Shown in pieces: positions 27,043-36,555 of a stretch of 64,000 nt of DNA (its first letter is position 1; each line of letters opens with the position of its first letter). The notes beneath the pieces were generated by a model. The model did no database searches. It was given only the letters and a program-made list of their open reading frames with translations, and was not told the DNA's origin. Both the position numbers and the translations under genes were made by a program. Origin of the DNA: Longimicrobiales bacterium (GTDB lineage: Bacteria > Gemmatimonadota > Gemmatimonadetes > Longimicrobiales > RSA9); contig DATHUY010000145.1 in assembly GCA_035461765.1 (NCBI GenBank), positions 11,964-75,963 of the forward strand. The letters run 5' to 3'.

Positions 27043-28008
27043 TCAGACGCTGGTGAAGGCGGGCAGCACGTGCTCGCCGAAATCGTCAATGAAGCGCTGC
27101 TGATCGTCGTGCACGTTGTGCAGGTACAGTGCGTCGAATCCGAGATCCGCGTACTGGCGGATCCAGTCCGTGTGGCGTTCCAGATCACTCGACACGTGCA
27201 CGAAGGCATGCATCTCCTCCGGCTTCACGAGCCGGGAAGCCGCGTCGAACTCGGCGGGCATCCGCAGCTCGGCCAGAACGTCACTGTCGAATACGACCGT
27301 GCGCCACTGACGATGCGCACCCTCGAGGGCCGCCGCGTCCGTCTTTGCGTAGGAGAGCTTCACCTGGAGCAGGACCGGCTTGCCGTCACCGCCGCCGCGA
27401 CGGAACGCATCGATCACGCGTTGCAGCTTCTCGATCGGTGCGCTGGCCGTGATCAGTCCGTCCGCCCAGCCGCCGGCCCACTCGGCGGTTTCCTCGGAGA
27501 GTGCCGCACCAAGGACAGGCGGCGGCGCATCGGCGCGTGTGTACAGCCGGGCCTCCTCCACCTGTACGTGCCCGCGGTGCGTGACCAGCTCGCCGTCCCA
27601 GAGCGCGCGCATCACATCCACGCACTCACGCAGCCGCTCGTTCCGTTCCTGCTTGGGCGGCCAGGCCTCACCCGTAATGTGCTCGTTGAGTCGTTCGCCC
27701 GAGCCGGCAGCCATCCAGAAGCGCGCCGGGTACATCTCTACGAGTGTCGCCGCCGCCTGCGCGATGATGGCAGGGTGGTAGCGGTAACCCGGAGCGCACA
27801 CGACGCCGAACGGCAGCTCGGTCGACTGCAACGCCGCTGCGAGCCATGACCAGGCGAAACCGGACTCGCCCTGCGCCTCGCTCCACGGATGGAAATGGTC
27901 GGAGCACATGGCCGCCCCGAAGCCTGCGGCTTCGGCGCGTTGCACGAACTCCAGCAGGAGCGACGGTGCAAACTGTTCGTGGGACGAGTGGTAACCGAGA
28001 GTAATCAT
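27043..28008 (-). CDS. Luciferase-like monooxygenase (LLM) class flavin/F420-type oxidoreductase
   Basis: MITLGYHSSHEQFAPSLLLEFVQRAEAAGFGAAMCSDHFHPW is typical of the TIGR03885/F420-G6PD-like LLM clade. Confidence 0.75.
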   Translation of the reverse strand: MITLGYHSSHEQFAPSLLLEFVQRAEAAGFGAAMCSDHFHPWSEAQGESGFAWSWLAAALQSTELPFGVVCAPGYRYHPAIIAQAAATLVEMYPARFWMAAGSGERLNEHITGEAWPPKQERNERLRECVDVMRALWDGELVTHRGHVQVEEARLYTRADAPPPVLGAALSEETAEWAGGWADGLITASAPIEKLQRVIDAFRRGGGDGKPVLLQVKLSYAKTDAAALEGAHRQWRTVVFDSDVLAELRMPAEFDAASRLVKPEEMHAFVHVSSDLERHTDWIRQYADLGFDALYLHNVHDDQQRFIDDFGEHVLPAFTSV

Positions 28009-28078
28009 TGGCTACCGCGGGTGAGCAAGTCGCGTTCCCGCGCGATCCGGCTATTCGCGGGTCAGCGATCCGGGACGC

Positions 28079-29404
28079 TCAACGGTACAGTTCGTACCTG
28101 CGTCGCACCGCCGCCCACTGCTCCAGCTCGCTCTCCCAGCGGCTCCAGATCTCGCGCGGGTCGCTGCCGTTGTCGATCGCGTTGCGTGCCCACTGCGAGC
28201 CCAGCATCTGGGTCATGCCGTCGTTCGTGATACGGAACTGGTCGGGATGGAGCCGACGGATCTCGCTCATGAGCACGAGCGTCAGCCAGACCGGCCGGTA
28301 TGCATCGCGATCCGTGATGTCGATGTGAATGGCGCGCACGCGCTCGCCGCGGAACGGGACCCAGCCTTCGCCTTCGGGCACGTAGCTCGTCGTGTCGAGT
28401 GAAACACCGGGAATGTCGTAGCGAGCGACATTGCGCAGAACCGTGGCATGATCGAGCCATGGCGCACCTACGAAAGAGAACGGCGTCGCGGTGCCGCGAC
28501 CGACGGACAGGATCGTCGCCTCGAACAGCACCAGGCCGGAATAGGTGAGTGCAGCCTCGAGCGAGCGGATGTTCGGCGACGGATCGATCCAGGGCAGACC
28601 CGTCTCGTCGAACCACATGTCGCGCCGCCAGCCGGCGACGGGGATGACGGTGAGGTCGGCGCCGATGGCGTACTCGCCGTTGATGTAGCGCGCCACCTCA
28701 CCCACGGTCATCCCGTGGCGCAGCGGCACGGGGAAATATCCGGTGATCGGCTGCCCGACATTGCGCATCTCCATCTGCATGAGCGGACCTTCCATCCGCC
28801 CCGTGATCGGGTTCGGTCGGTCGAGCACGATGAACGGGATCCCCTGCGCGGCCGCGGCCTCCATCGCCATCGCCATCGTCCAGACGAACGTGTACGGCCG
28901 TGCGCCGATGTCCTGCATGTCGAACAGGAGCACGTCCACGCCGCGGAGCATCTCCGGTGTCGGCCGCTGCGTGCTGCCGTAGAGTGAGTGCACGGGGACC
29001 CCGGTCCGCTCGTCCACACCCCCCTCGATCTTCACACCGCCCTCGACACCGCCGCGCAGGCCGTGCTCGGGTCCGTACAGCGCGACGAGCCGGACGTCGG
29101 GCGCCGCGTGCAGCAGGTCGATCCCGCTCTCGCCCCTCGACGTGACGGCCGTCTGGTTGGTCAGGAAGCCGACCCGCCTGCCGCGTACGAGATGCACGGA
29201 ATCAGTGAGCAGCACTTCCAGGCCGGGCGCGACCGACGGGAAATACGGTATCCGGGATGCGCTGTCGGCGGCCGGGGCGGGATCCGCCTCCGCGGCAACG
29301 GAATCGGCCGCGGCCGTCGTGACGGGCTGCGCCACCGGTGCGCACGCGCCGAAGGTAAATACCGCGGCGGCGGTGAGGCCGGTGTGGATTGCGAGTGGTG
29401 TCAT
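28079..29404 (-). CDS. DUF1343 / NamZ-like exo-beta-N-acetylmuramidase, lipoprotein
   Basis: VGFLTNQTAV, LYGPEHGLRG, VPVHSLYGS and DIGARPYTFVWT match DUF1343 (YbbC/NamZ) blocks. Lipobox FTFGACAP. Confidence 0.8.
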   Translation of the reverse strand: MTPLAIHTGLTAAAVFTFGACAPVAQPVTTAAADSVAAEADPAPAADSASRIPYFPSVAPGLEVLLTDSVHLVRGRRVGFLTNQTAVTSRGESGIDLLHAAPDVRLVALYGPEHGLRGGVEGGVKIEGGVDERTGVPVHSLYGSTQRPTPEMLRGVDVLLFDMQDIGARPYTFVWTMAMAMEAAAAQGIPFIVLDRPNPITGRMEGPLMQMEMRNVGQPITGYFPVPLRHGMTVGEVARYINGEYAIGADLTVIPVAGWRRDMWFDETGLPWIDPSPNIRSLEAALTYSGLVLFEATILSVGRGTATPFSFVGAPWLDHATVLRNVARYDIPGVSLDTTSYVPEGEGWVPFRGERVRAIHIDITDRDAYRPVWLTLVLMSEIRRLHPDQFRITNDGMTQMLGSQWARNAIDNGSDPREIWSRWESELEQWAAVRRRYELYR

Positions 29405-29431
29405 CTGCCCTCGTTCGCTGGCTGGCGCGTG

Positions 29432-30526
29432 TCAGCGCGCCGAGAAATTGATCGGGATCTCCACCCAGACCATGAGCGGTTTGTCGTCGATCGTGGCCGG
29501 GTCGAATCGCATAACGCGTGCGACCTCGATCGCGGCCATGTCCAGCTCGCAGTATCCGCTGCTCGCCGAGACCGTCTTGTATGCGACGCGTCCATCCTCG
29601 CGCACCTGGAAGTGGACGACGGCTGATCCGCCGATGCCCTTGTCGCGCAGCAGCCTGGGATAACGGCTCACGAGCGCCCGCGACACGGTCGGCCGGTTGT
29701 TCAGGCGCGGCGCCCGGCTGACGGGGCGCGGCCGGTCGGGGTCGCGCGGCGCCTTCGAAGTGGTGTCGCGCGCCATGGTGTCGCCGAACAGCTTCAGGCG
29801 CACCGAGTCCGTGTTGAACGTGACCGTCGCAAAGGTCCAGCGGCCGGAAGTCGTGGAGTCGGGCTCGAACGGCATCGACCTCGTGAGCTCTGCCGCTGCC
29901 TGGTTCGCGGCGTCGAAGCAGCTCGGGTCCACGATGTCGTGGTCGATGACGGATCCCGCAGCATCCACGATGAGCGACAATCCCACACTGGTGCCGATCT
30001 GTGCACCCTTGAGGTCGGGCGGATAGAAGGCGTGCAACGAGCTCTTCAATGTCGAGCGTTCCGGCACGGAGATCACCGAGGGTGACGAGCGCGCATGGTC
30101 CTTACCCTCGAACCGGACGTTGAAGTCCACCCATGCGCCGGTCGGCTGGCCGCCGATCGTGGCCGGCCTGAATCTGGCCTGCCGCGCGGTCCTGTGCGCG
30201 GCGGCGTCGAGACTGGTGAGTCCCGTGCTCGCGCGCAGCGACACCGTGTCGGGTGCGCCCTCCTCGTTGATGAACAGCCGCATGCGTGCCACGCCGCCGA
30301 TGCCGCGCCGCTGGAGCGATATCGGATAGGCCTCATCGAGCGTGCGCGATACCTCGCGCATGTTGGTGAGTCGCGGCGGGATCACAGTGTCCTGCGGCAT
30401 GGCCAGTGAGTCCGGGCTCTGCGCTCCGGTAGCGCCCTGCTGCTGCGCATCGAGCGCTGCGGGCGCAACAACGCACAGCACCCATGAGACGAGTGCGGAC
30501 AGGACCGTTCGAGTGACACAGGTCAT
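29432..30526 (-). CDS. Secreted protein with three tandem TonB C-terminal-like domains
   Basis: Three segments carry the TonB_C pattern (YP..L...GI.G.V.. F.I...G), e.g. YPISLQRRGIGGVARMRLFINEEG, YPPDLKGAQIGTSVGLSLIVDAAG and YPRLLRDKGIGGSAVVHFQVREDG. Signal peptide from the ATG at 30526. Confidence 0.65.
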   Translation of the reverse strand: MTCVTRTVLSALVSWVLCVVAPAALDAQQQGATGAQSPDSLAMPQDTVIPPRLTNMREVSRTLDEAYPISLQRRGIGGVARMRLFINEEGAPDTVSLRASTGLTSLDAAAHRTARQARFRPATIGGQPTGAWVDFNVRFEGKDHARSSPSVISVPERSTLKSSLHAFYPPDLKGAQIGTSVGLSLIVDAAGSVIDHDIVDPSCFDAANQAAAELTRSMPFEPDSTTSGRWTFATVTFNTDSVRLKLFGDTMARDTTSKAPRDPDRPRPVSRAPRLNNRPTVSRALVSRYPRLLRDKGIGGSAVVHFQVREDGRVAYKTVSASSGYCELDMAAIEVARVMRFDPATIDDKPLMVWVEIPINFSAR

Positions 30527-30727
30527 GCGGATATCCGGCAGAAGGTGTATCGGTTGCCGGCGGGCGAGTGGCGCCGGCGCGGCGGCGGGGCAGCGCAGTG
30601 CCCGCAAGATGTCCGTGCTCGACCGCTGGGGGCAAGCCCGGCATCTTTGCGCTGAGTGCCGGCCCGTCTATCTTGCGCGCGATGGCGGCACCGCCGTGCC
30701 TGTCCGTAATCGCCCGCGAGAGATCCC

Positions 30728-31963
30728 ATGGAATACCGGCTGGCCGTTCCCGATGACATCCCCGAAGCCGGCCGTCTTGCAGCGCACAGCTTCCCCGCGC
30801 CGGAGCGTGTGGCGTCGTGGTGGGAGGATCGACTGGGCGCGCCTGTGTACGGTGGTGGCGCGGATACGCTGATGATCGGGCGCGACGAACGACGCATCGC
30901 CGCAGCGTGTCAGATCCATCCGCTGCGGCAGTGGATCGCCGGCGAGGCGATGCCGATGACGGGGGTCGGCACAGTTGCGATCTCGCCAGTCCATCGCAGG
31001 CAGGGCATGGCCGCGGAGCTGGTTTCCGCCGCGTTGCGTGCCGGGCGCGAGCGCGGCGACATCGTGTCGTCGCTGTTCCCCTTCCGCGTCTCGTTCTATC
31101 AGCGTCTTGGCTATGGACTGGCGGGTGAGGCGCATCAGTTCCAGGTGCCCGCGGCCATGCTGCCGGACTCCGCGGAGCGGCATCGGGTGGAGGTCCTGGA
31201 CAACGACGATCTGCGCGATGAGGCGTTCACGCTCTACAGCCGGTGGGCAGTGCAGCAGACGGGACAGCTCGATCGCACGCCGCGGGTATGGCTCCAGGCG
31301 ACGGCCGGCGCGAGCGCGCATCTGTTCGGATATCGGTCGCATCAGGGCGAGCTGGAAGGATACGCCGTGGTGCTGTTCCGCACGGACCTGCCGCCGGCGC
31401 AGCGCTACCTGGAGGTCGACGAGCTGGTGTGGACGACCGATACCGCACGCCGCGGCCTGTACGGCTGGCTGGCCTCGCTCGACGATCAGTGGCAGCAGAT
31501 CCTGCTGCGCGCACGACCGTCGGATCGGCTCGGCGACTGGCTCCGCGAGCCGCGTCTGCCGCACGGCGCGGCGCCGGCGTGGCGGCTCTGGGCTCCCATG
31601 GCGACGCTCATGTCAGGACCGATGTTCCGGCTGCTCGATGTGCGTGCCGCATTCGAGGGGCGGCGCATCGAGCCGGCACCGCCGATCGCGTTCGCGGTCG
31701 AGGTGCAGGACTCGCTGTTCGAGGAGAACCGCGGCAGCTGGCGCATCGTGCTCGATGCGGGGCGCGCGATCGTCGAGCGGACGGGCGCGCTGGACCTTTC
31801 GCTGCGTATGGACATATCCACACTGTCACGCATCTACATCGGCTCGCTGTCGCCGACCGACGCCCTGCGCGCGGGCCTCCTCGAGTGCGATCACACGGAA
31901 CTGCTCACCGTGCTCGATGCGGCAATGGCACTGCCCGAGCCCTGGACGTTCGACAGGTTCTGA
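30728..31963 (+). CDS. Eis-like GNAT N-acetyltransferase with an SCP2-like C-terminal domain
   Basis: Acetyl-CoA motif VAISPVHRRQGMAAELV. About 410 aa, three-domain Eis-like layout. Confidence 0.7.
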   Translation: MEYRLAVPDDIPEAGRLAAHSFPAPERVASWWEDRLGAPVYGGGADTLMIGRDERRIAAACQIHPLRQWIAGEAMPMTGVGTVAISPVHRRQGMAAELVSAALRAGRERGDIVSSLFPFRVSFYQRLGYGLAGEAHQFQVPAAMLPDSAERHRVEVLDNDDLRDEAFTLYSRWAVQQTGQLDRTPRVWLQATAGASAHLFGYRSHQGELEGYAVVLFRTDLPPAQRYLEVDELVWTTDTARRGLYGWLASLDDQWQQILLRARPSDRLGDWLREPRLPHGAAPAWRLWAPMATLMSGPMFRLLDVRAAFEGRRIEPAPPIAFAVEVQDSLFEENRGSWRIVLDAGRAIVERTGALDLSLRMDISTLSRIYIGSLSPTDALRAGLLECDHTELLTVLDAAMALPEPWTFDRF

Positions 31964-32009
31964 TGACGAAGCCGATTGTCCGCGCACACCGCGGAGAAGG
32001 GGATTCAGG

Positions 32010-33701
32010 GTGATTCACACAGGACATCCCGCAGCGGCGGCCAGGCTGCGCATCGCGGTGGCGCTCATCGCGGGCGTGCTCGTCAGCGCGTGCGGCGATG
32101 GTTCCGCACCGGCGGCGGATGGTGCCGTGAACGATCGCGAGACGCTCGGCGGCGGGCCGGCGGGCGGCGTGCTTGTCGTACTTGCGGACCGCGAGCCGGA
32201 CCAGCTGAACCCGGTCACGTTCAACAGCGTGCCCGCCTATCATGCCGTCCACCTCATGTTCCGCGCTCTGGCGGGACGCGACTCGACGTTGAGCGGATAC
32301 GCGCCTGACCTCGCGACGTCGTGGCGGCTGGAGGACGACTCGACGCTGGTGCTTGCGCTGCGCGACGACGTGTACTGGCACGACGGCGTGCGGGTCACTG
32401 CTGAGGACGTCGTGTTCACGATCGGTCTCCAGGGCGACCCGCTGACCGCGTCACCGCGACAGGCGGATGTCGCCGCCGTCACGTCAGCGGTGGCGCGCGA
32501 CAGCTTCACGGTCGCGGTGACACTGTCGCGTACGGGCATGTACACGGTGAACTCTCTGCTCGAGGTGGTGCCGGTCCCGAAGCATCTGCTCGGCGACGTC
32601 GCACCTGCGGAGATCCGCACGGCGGCGTTCAACCGTGCACCGGTCGGCAACGGCTTCTACCGGTTCGGCAGCTGGACGGCCGGTCAGAGCCTGCAGCTCG
32701 AGGTCCATGCGGACAAGCCGGACGGGAGTGCGGCGATCGCGCGGATCATCATGCGCTTCATTCCTGACGTGAGTGCGGCGATGACGGAGCTGCTCGCCGG
32801 CCAGGGTGACCTGCTCTCACGTCTGCCGCCCAGCCAGAAGGATCGGATGGAGGCCGCCGCGACGGTGGCGGTGCATACGGCGCCGCGCATCCGGCCCGCA
32901 TGGATAGCACTGAATACGCGGCGCCCGCCGTTCGAGGATGTGCGGGTGCGTCGCGCTTTCCTGCTGGCGACGGATCGGGACGAGATCGCGCGCGGACTGT
33001 TCGGTGACATCGGCGAGCCCGCGCTGTCGCCGATCCCGAAGATCCTGCGCGAGCACTCGCCGGATGTGCGGCCGATACCGTTCGATCCCGACAGTGCACG
33101 TCTGCTGCTGGCGCAGGCGGGGTGGCGCGACGGCAACGGCGACGGCGTGCTCGAGCGCAACGGTCGGCCGCTTCGCATCGAGGTGGACTTCGTGTCGACG
33201 GATCAGACGCGGCAGGATGTGCTCGTCGCCATGCAGAGCATGGTGCGCCGCGTCGGCATCGAGCTGGTCCCGCGCGCGTACGAGAGCACGACATGGGTGC
33301 AGCGTCTCCGCGACGGGTCCTTCACCGCATCGTTCTGGGGCTGGGGCTGGGGTCCGGGCGTCATGGGACCGAACGCCGAGATGGTGTTCCACTCCCGCTC
33401 GATTCCGCCGAACGGCCCGAACTTCGCCGCGTCCAGTCATCCGCGCATCGACGCTCTTATCGACAGCAGTCTCGTCACGACGGATACCGCTCGTGCACGC
33501 ACGATCTGGCGCGAGCTCGAGCAGTTGATGATCGACGACGTGGTCTATGCTCCCATCTACATGGACCCGGAGCTCTACGCGGTGCACGCGCGGCTGAAGA
33601 ACGTCGAGTTCCGCGGCCTCGAGTGGAACGAGGACGCGGTGTACTGGTGGATCGATCCGGACGATCGGCTCGGGCGGGACAGGGTGAGGCGTTCGCCGTG
33701 A
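32010..33701 (+). CDS. ABC transporter substrate-binding protein, family 5 (peptide/nickel type), lipoprotein; orphan
   Basis: Lipobox LVSACGDG. SBP_bac_5-like blocks (LATSWRLEDDSTLVLALRDDVYWHDG, GFYRFGSWTAGQSLQLE). GTG start at 32010 preceded by GGAGAAGGGG. No permease or ATPase genes nearby. Confidence 0.75.
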   Translation: MIHTGHPAAAARLRIAVALIAGVLVSACGDGSAPAADGAVNDRETLGGGPAGGVLVVLADREPDQLNPVTFNSVPAYHAVHLMFRALAGRDSTLSGYAPDLATSWRLEDDSTLVLALRDDVYWHDGVRVTAEDVVFTIGLQGDPLTASPRQADVAAVTSAVARDSFTVAVTLSRTGMYTVNSLLEVVPVPKHLLGDVAPAEIRTAAFNRAPVGNGFYRFGSWTAGQSLQLEVHADKPDGSAAIARIIMRFIPDVSAAMTELLAGQGDLLSRLPPSQKDRMEAAATVAVHTAPRIRPAWIALNTRRPPFEDVRVRRAFLLATDRDEIARGLFGDIGEPALSPIPKILREHSPDVRPIPFDPDSARLLLAQAGWRDGNGDGVLERNGRPLRIEVDFVSTDQTRQDVLVAMQSMVRRVGIELVPRAYESTTWVQRLRDGSFTASFWGWGWGPGVMGPNAEMVFHSRSIPPNGPNFAASSHPRIDALIDSSLVTTDTARARTIWRELEQLMIDDVVYAPIYMDPELYAVHARLKNVEFRGLEWNEDAVYWWIDPDDRLGRDRVRRSP

Positions 33702-33705
33702 ACGA

Positions 33706-33737
33706 GACGGGCGGGCCGCTGAAGCGACCCGCCCGTC
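33706..33737. terminator. GC-rich hairpin terminator between convergent genes
   Basis: GACGGGCGGG - 12-nt loop - CCCGCCCGTC, a perfect 10-bp stem followed by TT, starting 5 nt after the SBP stop. Confidence 0.5.
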
Positions 33738-33773
33738 TTCCTGCCGGTGCAAGCGCCGGAGCGCAAGCTTCCG

Positions 33774-34757
33774 TTAGCGCGCAGCCGGCGGCAAGGCGTC
33801 CACGAACTCGGCCATGCGGCGGCGCATCGCTTCGTCCGGGAGACGGCCCATGCCGCCGCCCAGGTTGTCGGTCATGTGCCGCGCCTGGCTCGTGGCGGGC
33901 GTCACGACCGTGACGGCCGGGTGGCTGGCCGCGTACTTGATGAAGAACTGGGCCCAGCTGGTCGCATCGAACTCCGCGGCCCACGCGGGCAGCTCGCGAT
34001 CGGCGACGCGTGCCCAGAGGCGCGTGCGACCGAACGGCGCATAGACCAGCACGCCGATCTTCCGCTCGGCCGCGAGTGGCAGCACCTGCTCCTCTACCTC
34101 GCGGTTGTCCACGGCGTAGTCGATCCCGATGAAGTCGAGCGGCTCGTTGCGCATGATCTCCATCAGGTCAGGATAGCGTCCTTCGCTCGTTGTTGTCACT
34201 CCGATGTAGCGGACGCGCTCCTGCTGCTTCAGCTCCTTCAGGATGCCGAGCTGTGTGGGGACATCGCCGAGGTTGTGCACCTGGATCAGGTCGATCACGG
34301 GTGTCCGCAGCTTCTGGAACGACGCCTCGAGCTGCGCGCGGGCCGCCGCCGGATCCGCGCGGCCGTCGTCTCGTCCGGCGACGTTGACCTTCGTCGCCCA
34401 GAAGATGCGATCTGTGATGCCGAGCTCCGCCGCGATGGCGCCCGCCACCTCCTCCGATGCGCCGTAGCCCGGTGCGGTATCGAACACCGTGGCGCCGGCA
34501 TCCACCATGGTTCGCAGGACCTCGCGCAGGGCGTCGTGGTCTTCCGTCCGAGCGACTCGCGAAAAGGTCGCCGAGCTGCCGAGGCCTACGATCGGCAGCT
34601 GCTCTCCGGTGGAGGGGACCGCGCGGGTTATAAGCTTGCGCATCGCCGAGCTGCCCGCTGCGCTCGCGGGTGAAGGGGCTGCGCGGCAGCCGGGCGCGAG
34701 CGCCAGGGCGGCGCCCGCGCCGAGAGTGAGTCCGAGCCATTCGCGTCGAGTATACAT
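33774..34757 (-). CDS. Aldo/keto reductase with a twin-arginine (Tat) signal
   Basis: MYTRREWLGLTLGAGAALALAPG Tat-like leader. AKR blocks (FDTAPGYGASEE, IGVTT). Confidence 0.75.
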   Translation of the reverse strand: MYTRREWLGLTLGAGAALALAPGCRAAPSPASAAGSSAMRKLITRAVPSTGEQLPIVGLGSSATFSRVARTEDHDALREVLRTMVDAGATVFDTAPGYGASEEVAGAIAAELGITDRIFWATKVNVAGRDDGRADPAAARAQLEASFQKLRTPVIDLIQVHNLGDVPTQLGILKELKQQERVRYIGVTTTSEGRYPDLMEIMRNEPLDFIGIDYAVDNREVEEQVLPLAAERKIGVLVYAPFGRTRLWARVADRELPAWAAEFDATSWAQFFIKYAASHPAVTVVTPATSQARHMTDNLGGGMGRLPDEAMRRRMAEFVDALPPAAR

Positions 34758-34963
34758 GCGCGCACTCCGGTGAGGGTCGTCCGGTGCTGTCAGACGTGGA
34801 CCGGATAACATACACGCCGGCGGCGGCGGGAAAAGAGCAGGCGGCTCGCCGGCACCAGCGAGTCGACGCACCCGGCCCCGAGCACGTCACGTCGCAGGGT
34901 CATGGCGAGGTGGGATCAGACGGAGCGTCGCGGACTCCGGTCCCGGGTCGTACTTTGCACCGC

Positions 34964-36058
34964 ATGAGCGAGGAACGCCCCAACACACGCTGGCGCCCAC
35001 CGGGCGAGCCATGCCTCAACTGCGGGGACCCGACGCCCGGCCGGTACTGCCCGACGTGCGGGCAGCGCAAGGTCGAAGTCCTGGTCTCCATCCGCGGACT
35101 CCTCGCCGATGTGCTCGAAGACCAGCTCGTCCTGAACCGGGCGCTGCCGCGCACCCTGGGCGCACTGCTGTTCCGCCCGGGTTTCCTGACCGCGGAATAC
35201 GTACGCGGTCGCATCGTCCGCTACATCGCGCCGTTCCGTCTCTACCTGGTGTCCAGCGTCGTGTTCTTCCTGCTGATGTCGTTCATCGGCATCCGGGGCG
35301 TGGATGTGGATATCAACGCGACGGGGGACGACGTACCGGGCGCGGATGTCAACGTCGCGCTCGACAGCGCGATCGCCGCGCTCAGAGCGGAACAGCAGAC
35401 GCTGCAGGATCTGGACTCGGCATCCGCAGGGGATTCTGCGCGCGCGGCAGCGCTTCAGGCGCGCATGAGCCAGGTCGTGGCCTCCCTGGAAGCAATGTCG
35501 GATACGGCAGCGCTCCGGGACACGGCCGGCGCGCCCGATCTGGGCCTCGATGCGGACAGCGCATTGCCGCAGGGTGCACGCCAGCCGTGGGCGCGCAATA
35601 TCCGGTTCGACGGCTCATCGGGTCTCTTCCGCGCCGCGCTCGAGCGCAAGCTGGGCCAGGTCGGCCATCTGCCGTTGCGCGATGCAGTCCGGGAACTGCT
35701 CCGGGACCTGCTCGAGTACGCGCCCCACATGGTATTCCTGCTGCTGCCGCTGTTCGCGCTCATCCTGAAACTCCTCTACATCCGTCGCGGACGGTATTAC
35801 GCCGAGCACTTCGTTTTCGCCCTGCACGCGCACGCGTTCATCTTTGCGATGTTCACGCTGATGCTCATTCTGCCGTGGTCCCTCGAATTCCTGTTCGTCA
35901 TCTGGATCGAGGTCTACCTGTGGCTGGCACTTCGTCGGGTCTATCAGCAGGGCTGGGTGCGCACGACGCTGAAGTGGTGGGCGCTGGGCGCCGTCTACTC
36001 GCTGTTCCTGCTGCTCGGTGCGGTCGGCCTCGCCGTAGCCACGCTGCTGCTCACCTGA
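34964..36058 (+). CDS. DUF3667-like membrane protein with an N-terminal zinc ribbon
   Basis: CLNCGDPTPGRYCPTCGQR zinc ribbon followed by several TM helices. Start trimmed to the ATG at 34964. Confidence 0.6.
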   Translation: MSEERPNTRWRPPGEPCLNCGDPTPGRYCPTCGQRKVEVLVSIRGLLADVLEDQLVLNRALPRTLGALLFRPGFLTAEYVRGRIVRYIAPFRLYLVSSVVFFLLMSFIGIRGVDVDINATGDDVPGADVNVALDSAIAALRAEQQTLQDLDSASAGDSARAAALQARMSQVVASLEAMSDTAALRDTAGAPDLGLDADSALPQGARQPWARNIRFDGSSGLFRAALERKLGQVGHLPLRDAVRELLRDLLEYAPHMVFLLLPLFALILKLLYIRRGRYYAEHFVFALHAHAFIFAMFTLMLILPWSLEFLFVIWIEVYLWLALRRVYQQGWVRTTLKWWALGAVYSLFLLLGAVGLAVATLLLT

Positions 36059-36555
36059 TGGCCGCACGTACGCGCAGTATGGCGGTGCAGGCCTGGGCGG
36101 TGGGCGGCATCGTGTTTCTTTTCGCCGAAGCGGCATGGCGACTCGGCATGCGCGGCGTCGCGACGGTGCGGGGCGGCCTGAGCAGCCACGAATGGATCAT
36201 ACTGGTTCTGCTGACGGGCGTGTTCGTGTATGGCGAGGGATACCGTGCGCTGCAGCGCAGATGGGTGCCGTATGTGCTCGCGCGCGTTGCGCGGCTGCGC
36301 ACGGAGCGCTTCCTGACCTGGCGGATCGGGGCGCCGCTCTATGCGATGTCGCTCATCGGCCCGACGTGGAGGACGGCACTGCGCGCCTGGGCCGGCGTCG
36401 CCGCGATCATCACGGCCGTGCTGATCGTGAGCCGATTCCCCGAGCCGTGGCGCGGCATCGTGGACATTGCGGTCGCCGCGGCGCTCATATGGGGCGCCGT
36501 TGCGCTGATTTACGGCGCGCTCCGAATGCTGCGCGCCGGCAACGGAGAAGGATGA
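36058..36555 (+). CDS. Hypothetical 4-TM membrane protein
   Basis: ATGA start/stop overlap with the upstream gene and a 4-nt overlap with the UbiD start. Hydrophobic helices (AVGGIVFLFAEAAW, WIILVLLTGVFVYG, VAAIITAVLIV, AVAAALIWGAVALIYG). Confidence 0.55.
   Translation: MAARTRSMAVQAWAVGGIVFLFAEAAWRLGMRGVATVRGGLSSHEWIILVLLTGVFVYGEGYRALQRRWVPYVLARVARLRTERFLTWRIGAPLYAMSLIGPTWRTALRAWAGVAAIITAVLIVSRFPEPWRGIVDIAVAAALIWGAVALIYGALRMLRAGNGEG

Noticed and set aside
30975-33701. Over-extended N-termini in the ORF track. Examples: 30975-33701, 42957-46307, 36135-38393, 35011-36555, 16982-19660, 42609-44072, 47760-49715, 56655-57689.
   Set aside because: The upstream portions overlap neighbouring real genes or intergenic repeats and have shadow-ORF composition. 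Internal starts give signal peptides or lipoboxes, RBS-like motifs or ATGA overlaps, and were used instead.
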